From: Candidatus Undinarchaeota archaeon
Lineage (GTDB): Archaea; SpSt-1190
Assembly: GCA_964549355.1 (NCBI GenBank)
Contig: CAZJUS010000003.1
Coordinates: forward strand, 1 to 38,292
Direction of reading: 5' to 3'
DNA length: 38,292 nt
Below the pieces are notes generated by a model, which searched no databases, had not been told where the DNA came from, and saw only the letters and a program-made list of their open reading frames with translations. The position numbers were made by a program, and so were the translations under genes. Shown in pieces: positions 1 through 6,556 of the stretch (position 1 is the stretch's first letter; each line of letters begins with the position of its first letter).

Positions 1-19
1 GGCTGTCCGGAGGACAGCC
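1..19. repeat. Perfect GC-rich hairpin GGCTGTCC-GGA-GGACAGCC (GGA triloop), related to the tRNA-linked palindromes
   Basis: 8-bp perfect inverted repeat at 1-8/12-19. It has the same C-GGA-G loop as the GCCTGCC-GGA-GGCAGGC palindromes, but on the opposite strand. Confidence 0.6.
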
Positions 20-43
20 ACCCTGATCAAACTCGGTGAGAGT

Positions 44-68
44 TTGTTGGACTGGAGGGGACTCGAAC
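44..68 (-). repeat. Duplicated 3' end of tRNA-Ala (T-loop to acceptor stem plus 4 nt trailer)
   Basis: 44-68 TTGTTGGACTGGAGGGGACTCGAAC matches 179-203 TTGTTGGACTGGGGGGGACTCGAAC at 24/25 positions. The match stops at the GTTCGA of the T-arm. Confidence 0.9.
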
Positions 69-181
69 GAGCTTTGCGAAGCGAACGCTACGGCGTTCGA
101 CCACGGTGCCTGCTTCGCCCGATTCGCGGCTCAGCAGGCAGAGTAGTTTTTGGTCAAGCTTTTCGCGAAGCGAAAAGGTTG
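69..181. repeat. tRNA-linked structured repeat, copy A
   Basis: 72-105 matches 260-293 (33/34) and 120-139 matches 325-344 (20/20). Hairpins at 82-99, 107-140 and 155-181. Confidence 0.85.
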
Positions 182-182
182 T

Positions 183-255
183 TGGACTGGGGGGGACTCG
201 AACCCCCGACTTCCTCCATGCCAAGGAGGTGTCCTTCCAGCTAGACTACCAGCCC
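183..255 (-). tRNA. tRNA-Ala(GGC)
   Basis: Reverse complement GGGCTGGTAGTCTAGCTGGAAGGACACCTCCTTGGCATGGAGGAAGTCGGGGGTTCGAGTCCCCCCCAGTCCA. Anticodon GGC, G3:U70 alanine determinant, no encoded CCA. Confidence 0.97.
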
Positions 256-382
256 CAACCTTTACGAAGCGAACGCTACGGCGTTCGACCACGTGGCCTG
301 CCTCCGGCAGGCCGAACAGTTTTGCGATTCGCGGCTCAGCAGGCGAAGTGGTTTTTGGTGAAGCTTTTTCCCAAAAAGCTTC
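256..382. repeat. tRNA-linked structured repeat, copy B (fills the whole Phe-Ala spacer)
   Basis: Hairpins CGAACGC-TACG-GCGTTCG (270-287), GCCTGCC-TCC-GGCAGGC (296-312) and GAAGCTTTTT-CCC-AAAAAGCTTC (360-382). Shares blocks with copy A. Confidence 0.85.
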
Positions 383-454
383 TGGGGCCGGCGAGATTTG
401 AACTCGCGACGACTCGGTCTTCAGCCGAGCGCTCTCCCCCTGAGCTACGGCCCC
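383..454 (-). tRNA. tRNA-Phe(GAA)
   Basis: Reverse complement GGGGCCGTAGCTCAGGGGGAGAGCGCTCGGCTGAAGACCGAGTCGTCGCGAGTTCAAATCTCGCCGGCCCCA. Anticodon arm CTCGG-CTGAAGA-CCGAG. Confidence 0.97.
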
Positions 455-497
455 GAGCTTTGCGAAGCTCGACCACGTAGCCTGCCTCCGGCAGGCT
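455..497. repeat. tRNA-linked structured repeat, copy C (short)
   Basis: GAGCTTTGCGAAGC-TCGACCACGTAGCCTGCCTCCGGCAGGCT. Lacks the inner TACG hairpin; the 17-nt palindrome lies at 480-496. Confidence 0.85.
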
Positions 498-534
498 GCC
501 TATATCTCCTCTTGCTGTTTTTCAGTTTAAAGCT

Positions 535-1032
535 TTACTGGCTGAAACTCCGGATTAGGAAAATCAGCACAGCGCACGCCCCCGCAATCCACAGGGCGTA
601 TTTTTCGACAAACTCCTCAAACCAGTTCGGACGGCGGTTTTCATTAGTTTTCTTTTTGGCGCCGCCGAGTGTAATCTGCTTGATGCCGGGCTTTCCGGCC
701 GCCCTGCCACCTATTTTGTTGAGGTGGTCCACCCAGTCCTTCCGCATCTTCCTGCCGAGATATTGTTTGTCTGTGGAGAACTCAAAGGTTTCCAGGACTT
801 TCCGCTTCAGCTTGGCATAGTCCTCCGGCTCCATCTCCTCATGTGATTTTTTCAGGAGCCTCTCAAAAAATTTGAGCAGTATGCGGAAGTTGTCTTCTTT
901 CTCCTCCCGGCCCCCTTTCTTGAGCTCGCCGGCGATGGCCTTCCAGTGCGAGGCGAAGTCGTGGTTGTAGTTCATCATGGCGAAGATGCTCCGCATTTTC
1001 AGGTCGATTATTTGCACAACTCGGGGATCCAT
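535..1032 (-). CDS. Hypothetical protein with a C-terminal transmembrane anchor
   Basis: 165-aa ORF with GAGGTG Shine-Dalgarno upstream of ATG, a helical charged body and hydrophobic C-terminus (YALWIAGACAVLIFLIR). Confidence 0.75.
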   Translation of the reverse strand: MDPRVVQIIDLKMRSIFAMMNYNHDFASHWKAIAGELKKGGREEKEDNFRILLKFFERLLKKSHEEMEPEDYAKLKRKVLETFEFSTDKQYLGRKMRKDWVDHLNKIGGRAAGKPGIKQITLGGAKKKTNENRRPNWFEEFVEKYALWIAGACAVLIFLIRSFSQ

Positions 1033-1050
1033 TTTTACACCTCACACGGC

Positions 1051-1124
1051 CGGGCCCGCCGGGATTTGAACCCGGGCCAGAAGGTCCGCAACCTCCCGTC
1101 CTATCCAAACTAGACTACGAGCCC
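1051..1124 (-). tRNA. tRNA-Arg(GCG)
   Basis: Reverse complement GGGCTCGTAGTCTAGTTTGGATAGGACGGGAGGTTGCGGACCTTCTGGCCCGGGTTCAAATCCCGGCGGGCCCG. Anticodon GCG. Confidence 0.96.
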
Positions 1125-1181
1125 GAACTTTACGAAGCGACTCTCCGAGCCGATCACGTTGCCTGCCTCCGGCAGGCCGAA
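1125..1181. repeat. tRNA-linked structured repeat, copy D
   Basis: GAACTTTACGAAGCGA-CTCTCCGAG-CCGATCACGTTGCCTGCCTCCGGCAGGCCGAA. Palindrome at 1161-1177 is identical to 296-312 and 480-496. Confidence 0.85.
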
Positions 1182-1246
1182 GGGTTTGTTCCGCAGAACT
1201 TACCCGTCTGCGTAGTTATTTCAAGTTTCCAATTTTAATAGTTGCC

Positions 1247-1546
1247 TCAGCCGATATAGGTGGTCTCTTCCTGCTTCTTGACCTGCGGTCGCAGGCCTTC
1301 AATTTTTTTGCCTGCCAGTGCATCTTCAAGCTTCCGGGTCGCCCCCAGCAGCATCCTCCCCAGGGCCTTGGCCGTTATCGGGCTCAGCACCACGTCCGAC
1401 ACCACCTCTTTTCTGGATGTGTCCAGGAAGGCGATGCGTATCATCCCGTCCTTTTCTTCGCTTTCACGGCTCTTCTTGAGCATAAAACTGACCATGACTT
1501 CGTCTCCGAAGACCGCACTCATCCTGCTGTTGAACTTGCTTGTCAT
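1247..1546 (-). CDS. Small hypothetical protein (possibly DUF3467-like)
   Basis: 99-aa ORF divergent from dnaG, with a VVLSPITAKALGRML segment and C-terminal TYIG. Family assignment is tentative. Confidence 0.65.
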   Translation of the reverse strand: MTSKFNSRMSAVFGDEVMVSFMLKKSRESEEKDGMIRIAFLDTSRKEVVSDVVLSPITAKALGRMLLGATRKLEDALAGKKIEGLRPQVKKQEETTYIG

Positions 1547-1618
1547 GCACAGGTTACCACCACACCTTTTTAAACGATAGGGACAGGAAGTGATTACACT
1601 TAATTACAGGTGATAATA

Positions 1619-2875
1619 ATGGGAAAAGTCAGCCCAGTAGCAGTAAAATATATCATAAAGTCCGAAATCACCGCCACGGGCATGGTTGAAAAGCCGGATG
1701 TCATCGGCGCAATTTTTGGGCAAACGGAAGGCCTTTTGGGCCAAGACCTGGAGCTCCGCGAGCTCCAGAAATCAGGGAGGATAGGAAGAATAGACGTCAA
1801 GCTCAAGACGGAGAAGGGCAAGACCACAGGCACCATTGAACTGCCTTCCAGCATGGACAAGGCGGAGACTGCCATAATCGCAGCGGCCATGGAGACCATA
1901 GACAGGATAGGCCCGTGCGAGGCCAAGGTCAAAGTCAAGGCAGTCGAGGACGTGCGCGAAATCAAAAGGCGCTACATAATCGACAGGGCAAAGTCGGTGC
2001 TGAAGGAGACCCTCCTGAAGGGGCCCGACACCCAGGAGCTGGTGACCAAAGTTTCTGAAGCAGTCAGGCAGGCCGAGATTGTGGCCTACGGCAAAGAAAA
2101 GCTCCCGGCAGGTCCGATGGTGGGCAAGTCGGATGAGCTCATCCTGGTCGAAGGGAGGGCCGATGTCCTGAACCTGCTCAAATACGGCATAAAGAATGCC
2201 CTGGCCCTCGGCGGCACCAAGATGCCGTGGGAGGCTATTGAACTCAGCCGGAGGAAGGAAACCACTTTGTTTGTGGACGGCGACAGAGGCGGAGACCTGA
2301 TTATCAAGGATGTGCTTTCCGTCTCGGACATCGACTTTGTCTGCAAGGCCCCCGACGGGAAGGAAGTCGAGGAGCTGACCGGCAAGGAAATCCAGAAGGC
2401 CCTCCGGGCCCGCGAGAGCGCCGAGCAGTACCGGACCAACAATAAAATTGCACCTTTTGTCTCCGAAGCAGACAGTCCTGAGCCTGCAAAACCGAGTTCA
2501 AGGCGCAGGGCCTCCAGAAAGGAAAAGGGGGAGAAAGCAGAGAAAACAACTGCAACCGCCAGGCGGGCGTCCTCGAAGGCGTCCAAGCTCAGCAAGAGCA
2601 AAAAAGAGCAGTTCAAGAAGCTTCTTGACGACCTGCTTGGGACCCGCGGAGCCTACCTGCTCAGCGGCACCGAGATCCTGGGCAAGGTCCCGACGACGGA
2701 GCTGTCCCGCTACCTTGAGATTCTCAAGGCGGACACAGTGGTCATGGACGGAAAAGTCACCAGCAGGGTGGCGAGCATCTGCAAATCCCACGGCATCGGC
2801 CTGATAGTCGGCAAGGAAGCGGACAAGATATACGGCGTGGATGTGGTAATCCAGTCGGAGCTGGAGGCGAAATGA
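1619..2875 (+). CDS. dnaG: Archaeal DnaG-type primase / exosome-associated TOPRIM protein
   Basis: VEKPDVIGAIFGQTEGLLG, LRELQKSGRIGRI, TOPRIM motifs VEGRADV and DGDRGG. AGGTGA SD precedes ATG at 1619. Confidence 0.96.
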   Translation: MGKVSPVAVKYIIKSEITATGMVEKPDVIGAIFGQTEGLLGQDLELRELQKSGRIGRIDVKLKTEKGKTTGTIELPSSMDKAETAIIAAAMETIDRIGPCEAKVKVKAVEDVREIKRRYIIDRAKSVLKETLLKGPDTQELVTKVSEAVRQAEIVAYGKEKLPAGPMVGKSDELILVEGRADVLNLLKYGIKNALALGGTKMPWEAIELSRRKETTLFVDGDRGGDLIIKDVLSVSDIDFVCKAPDGKEVEELTGKEIQKALRARESAEQYRTNNKIAPFVSEADSPEPAKPSSRRRASRKEKGEKAEKTTATARRASSKASKLSKSKKEQFKKLLDDLLGTRGAYLLSGTEILGKVPTTELSRYLEILKADTVVMDGKVTSRVASICKSHGIGLIVGKEADKIYGVDVVIQSELEAK

Positions 2876-3100
2876 ATGGCGCGCACTTCAAGGACCAAAT
2901 GCTCCAGTTGCGGCAGGGTGATGCCCCGCACCAAGCTGGTGCCTTCCTACAGGAAAGTCTTCGGCGATGTCCGGAAGCAGTATCTCTGCATAGTCTGCGC
3001 CAAAAGGAGGGGCATTCCAGTCCAGAAAAGCCGGCAGAAAATTATCCACAGCCGCGGAGCTTCCCAGAGGCGCCGTGCGCGCAGGCGGAGGGAATACTGA
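2876..3100 (+). CDS. rps26e: Probable ribosomal protein eS26-like zinc-binding protein
   Basis: CSSCGRVMPRTK ... YLCIVCAKRRGI pattern matches eS26 (CxxCGxxxPxxK ... CxxCA). Very basic; ATG follows the dnaG TGA directly. Confidence 0.65.
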   Translation: MARTSRTKCSSCGRVMPRTKLVPSYRKVFGDVRKQYLCIVCAKRRGIPVQKSRQKIIHSRGASQRRRARRRREY

Positions 3101-3162
3101 ACCTTCGGAGAATGCCCCGGAAGCGCATATAACTTTAATTATGCCTTGATGCTTCACCTTTT

Positions 3163-4419
3163 GTGAAGTCCATTGTCATAGGCAGGGATGCCGAGGACCG
3201 GAAGAAATTCGGCGATGAAGGCCTGGCCTACCTGGGCAAGCATTACGTCAGGACAGGAGACATCACCAACCTGGCCAACAAAGTCTATCTCGACCTGGCC
3301 CGCCCCCATGTCATACTCCTGTCCGGCAAGAGGGGGCAGGGCAAGTCCTACACCCTCGGGGTCATAGCAGAGGAGATTGTCTTCCTGCCCCGCAGGATGA
3401 GGGAGAAGCTGACGGTCCTGATTTTCGATACCATGGGCATCTACTGGACCATGTCCAACCCGAACGCCAAGCAGGAGGCGTACCTGAAGCAGTGGGGCCT
3501 CGAGCCCGCCGGCACGCCCATCCGTGTTTTGGCTCCCCTCGGCTGGATTGAGAAATACAAAGAGGCAGGCATTGAAGTCAGCCAGCCCTTGGCAATCAAC
3601 CCCCTCGACCTCAATATTGAAGACTGGGCGGACACCTTTGACGTCCATATTTTCGACCCCATCATGATCCTGCTTTCCCGCGTCCTCAAGCACAAGCCTT
3701 CGAATCTCATGGATATCATAGGCCTGATTGAGAAGGACGACCGGGCCGACAAGCTGACCAAGGACGCCCTCATCAGCAGGATTGAAGCTGCAAATGAATG
3801 GGGGGTTTTCAGTGAGAAGGGCATGAGGATTGAAGAGCTCATGGCCCCCGGCACCATAAATGTGCTCGACCTGAGCCTGCTGGGGCAGAGGGTGAAGAGC
3901 CTGATGATTGGCCTGCTCAGCAGGAAGGTATTCCATGCCAGAGTGGTCGCCCGCAAGATAGAGGAGAAAGCCCAGATCCAAAAATTCACAGAGATAGGCC
4001 ACAGGTTTTCGTCGAAGCTCCCGATGCCCTGGATCCTGATAGATGAGGCCCACGAGTATCTGCCGAATGATGTGCTCACCCCTTCGGCCAGGGCTCTTGT
4101 GCAGATCATCCGCGAAGGCAGGCAGCCCGGGATTACTCTTGTGCTGGCCACCCAGCAGCCCGGCAAGATACATTCCGATGTGATGACGCAGGCGGACATA
4201 GTAATGAGCCACCGCGTGACTGCGGAGCTGGACATGAAGGCCCTCAACAGCATAATGGGGACTTACATGCAGTTCCCCATGGAGAAGTATCTTTCATCCC
4301 TTCCCCGCCTCAAAGGCGCTGCGGTGGTCCTTGATGACAATGCAGAGAAAGTATACCGCATCCGGGTCAGGCCGAGGATAAGCTGGCACGGCGGTGAGAG
4401 TGCAACGCTGGTCCAATAA
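3163..4419 (+). CDS. HerA/FtsK-family (DUF87) P-loop ATPase
   Basis: Walker A GKRGQGKS, Walker B WILIDEAH, REGR arginine finger, LATQQP. Confidence 0.9.
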   Translation: MKSIVIGRDAEDRKKFGDEGLAYLGKHYVRTGDITNLANKVYLDLARPHVILLSGKRGQGKSYTLGVIAEEIVFLPRRMREKLTVLIFDTMGIYWTMSNPNAKQEAYLKQWGLEPAGTPIRVLAPLGWIEKYKEAGIEVSQPLAINPLDLNIEDWADTFDVHIFDPIMILLSRVLKHKPSNLMDIIGLIEKDDRADKLTKDALISRIEAANEWGVFSEKGMRIEELMAPGTINVLDLSLLGQRVKSLMIGLLSRKVFHARVVARKIEEKAQIQKFTEIGHRFSSKLPMPWILIDEAHEYLPNDVLTPSARALVQIIREGRQPGITLVLATQQPGKIHSDVMTQADIVMSHRVTAELDMKALNSIMGTYMQFPMEKYLSSLPRLKGAAVVLDDNAEKVYRIRVRPRISWHGGESATLVQ

Positions 4420-4423
4420 TCCG

Positions 4424-4828
4424 CTAATCCCGCAGTATTATGCGGTCCCCGCCCCTCAGGGTCACCAGCTTCAGGTTTTTGCCCCGGGCCCTCCTGCGGA
4501 CTTTGGCGTCCATGCTGGCCACATACGCCCCGTATTCCTCCGCGATGCCGACGACAGCTTCATCTGCACTGCAGTCTGAGCCGACGGCGGTGAACTGCCG
4601 GCCTTCGAGCAGCTCCAGGGCGACTTTGGCCCCGGTATTCTTTCCAGCTATGAGATGCAGCTCCCTGATGACGGGTTCGGGGATTATGAACTCTACCTCC
4701 CCCAGCAGTTTCCTGATTTCAGCAAAAACGTCGAGTTTGTTTTCGTAGGGTATCAGCAGGAAGTTGGTGTCCAGAACCACCCGCCGTTTCTGCCCCGCCT
4801 CCCCCCAAGCGCTTTTTTTGGATTTCAT
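4424..4828 (-). CDS. PIN-domain protein (Fcf1/VapC9-like)
   Basis: VVLDTNFLL, VIREL, ADE, VASMD motifs. Confidence 0.88.
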   Translation of the reverse strand: MKSKKSAWGEAGQKRRVVLDTNFLLIPYENKLDVFAEIRKLLGEVEFIIPEPVIRELHLIAGKNTGAKVALELLEGRQFTAVGSDCSADEAVVGIAEEYGAYVASMDAKVRRRARGKNLKLVTLRGGDRIILRD

Positions 4829-5541
4829 AAGCTCAGCATCTCCATCAGGTTCCTGACCCCTGCAGCCATCCCCAGCGACATTATAGCAGTCCTCAGGAAT
4901 ATGCCTTCCTCGCCTTTTTCATCTTTTATGAGATAGAACACAGCCACCAGCAGCAGGGTCTTCAACAGGCTGAATATCAGGGGGTGGATGGACATCAGGG
5001 ACTTTGCAACCACATGCTCCTCGAAGAGCCCTGCCATGACGCCGAAACCGCTTATCCAGGCCTCGAACACGTGGGACATCCAGGGCAGGGGGTCCCGCAT
5101 CCATGGAATTTTTCTGATGACAAAATAAGATACTGCCATGGGAGCTATGGAAAGCAGGGCCAGCCTCCAGGCAGTCATCCTCAAAATCTGAATTGAAGCA
5201 ATGGCGAATATGACTGCAAGGAGATAGCCCACTTCCTTGGCAAACTCAAGGTCGGATAATGCAAAGGCCAGGAACAGCAGGGGCACCGCTATGTAGATGC
5301 CGGGGGTTGCAGTCAGCGGGCTGGGTGCAATAAGGGCGCCGTCGGCGAACCTCAGCAGGCCGGCGAAGACCAGCCAGGGCAGGAAGGCTTTTCGGAAGTC
5401 CTTCTGCTTCCATCTCCTGGCCACCTTCCAGAAGGCAAAGACCAGCAGGGCGTACCCAAAAGCCATCAGCAGTGTGGTGTAGGGGTTGTAGCCCTGCCTC
5501 AGGAATATCGGATTCCATATATTGGCTTGAAACCATCCCAC
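4825..5541 (-). CDS. DUF63-like multi-pass membrane protein
   Basis: GYNPYTT, TPGIY, EEHVV and LGMAAGVRN motifs with multiple hydrophobic helices. Confidence 0.75.
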   Translation of the reverse strand: MGWFQANIWNPIFLRQGYNPYTTLLMAFGYALLVFAFWKVARRWKQKDFRKAFLPWLVFAGLLRFADGALIAPSPLTATPGIYIAVPLLFLAFALSDLEFAKEVGYLLAVIFAIASIQILRMTAWRLALLSIAPMAVSYFVIRKIPWMRDPLPWMSHVFEAWISGFGVMAGLFEEHVVAKSLMSIHPLIFSLLKTLLLVAVFYLIKDEKGEEGIFLRTAIMSLGMAAGVRNLMEMLSL

Positions 5542-5648
5542 ACTACGGCTTCATGCGGGCGTTATTATTATTTCCGGTTAAAATCACCGAAAAAAAGCCT
5601 CCGAGGGGCTTTTCGCCAGTTTTATAAATATATACTTAAATATATATT

Positions 5649-6122
5649 ATGGGCTGGAAGGTTCCGCCGAAAATTGAGGTCCTGCAGGCCCTTGGGGCTG
5701 TGGCAGACGATAAAGTGCGCTTTGTTTCGGCAGAAAATGCCGAAGTTGAAAGTTTTGACGGAAAAGAGAAATTTGAGGTGTTTTGGAAGCCGGAGAAGAA
5801 CGCAATATCCAGCAACGACAGCAGTTCGACTTATGCAGGCTATCTCGGCTATCCCGCCCTTGCTTTCCTGATGGTGCTTGGAGTCCTTCCGTACGACATA
5901 TACCTGGGCAGGAAGCTCTCAGGAATTCCCTGGAAGAAGCTCAAGGACGCTTACAAAGACCACCAGCTCATCATCAAGGAGGCGACTAATGGATGGAGCG
6001 CCCTTGACAAGCAGAGGCTCGAAAAATTTGCAGACTGGATTTTGGGGATGCTGGAAGGGCTTGAGCTGGTGAAGCTTGATGAAAGTCCGAAGACCCTGCC
6101 CGACTTTGTCGGCAAGGAGTAA
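5649..6122 (+). CDS. Conserved hypothetical protein
   Basis: 157-aa ORF with PPKIEVLQALGAVAD, SND, GYLGYPALAFLM and GIPWKKL motifs. Preceded by a TATA-rich divergent promoter region (5620-5648). Confidence 0.8.
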   Translation: MGWKVPPKIEVLQALGAVADDKVRFVSAENAEVESFDGKEKFEVFWKPEKNAISSNDSSSTYAGYLGYPALAFLMVLGVLPYDIYLGRKLSGIPWKKLKDAYKDHQLIIKEATNGWSALDKQRLEKFADWILGMLEGLELVKLDESPKTLPDFVGKE

Positions 6123-6166
6123 TTGCACTCGGCAAGGAATAAATACGCGCATCGCATCTGCTCTAT

Positions 6167-6556
6167 GTGGAAGGACAGCTTATGGTTTTTTGGGACGGGG
6201 CCGGTGAAGAACTTGAGCATTTTTTGCGGGGCATCTCTGAATTTCCAAGCATCCTTGTGATTGTACCCCCCCGCTTCCGTGAATCCAAGGCCTTGGCAGA
6301 ACGGCTCGGGCGCAATATTCTCTTTATGGAGCTTGAAGATGCAAAGCTCCTGTTCAAACCCAGATACATTTTTCACTATGCAAAAGACGGGGAAGGCCCT
6401 GAAGAAGTTGCATCAAAAGTGAAACAAGACTTCAATGTCCTGCTTGTTTTTGGAAAAAAAGAAGGCAATCCAATTTCACTAAAGGACTGGATAGGACATT
6501 CGACTGCAGCCCCGCTGGTGGTGTATGAGATTCTCAAGCTTTTAAGAAAGTTTTAA
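6167..6556 (+). CDS. Hypothetical protein, possibly a degenerate DUF2122/COG4080 SPOUT-like protein
   Basis: ALAERLGRNILFMELEDAKLLFKP and VLLVFG segments. Start uncertain (GTG 6167 or ATG 6182). Confidence 0.5.
   Translation: MEGQLMVFWDGAGEELEHFLRGISEFPSILVIVPPRFRESKALAERLGRNILFMELEDAKLLFKPRYIFHYAKDGEGPEEVASKVKQDFNVLLVFGKKEGNPISLKDWIGHSTAAPLVVYEILKLLRKF

Noticed and set aside
44..68. Split-tRNA 3' half
   Set aside because: The fragment starts in the T-arm rather than near the anticodon loop, an intact tRNA-Ala lies next to it, and I saw no bulge-helix-bulge partner in the window.
69..382. Hammerhead ribozyme in the tRNA leaders
   Set aside because: No CUGANGA...GAAA core in the correct arrangement on either strand by eye. 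Other ribozyme classes were not excluded.
44..500. CRISPR array interpretation of the repeats
   Set aside because: Units vary in length and internal structure, the intervening sequences are tRNAs rather than uniform spacers, and no cas genes are present.
27..820. Short ORFs across the tRNA/repeat cluster (27-224, 44-244, 106-480, 150-401, 398-820)
   Set aside because: They overlap clear tRNAs or the antisense of the 535-1032 gene. Their repeated peptides simply reflect the DNA repeats.
3154..4253. Long minus-strand ORFs of 352 and 270 aa
   Set aside because: Antisense shadows of the motif-complete ATPase gene.
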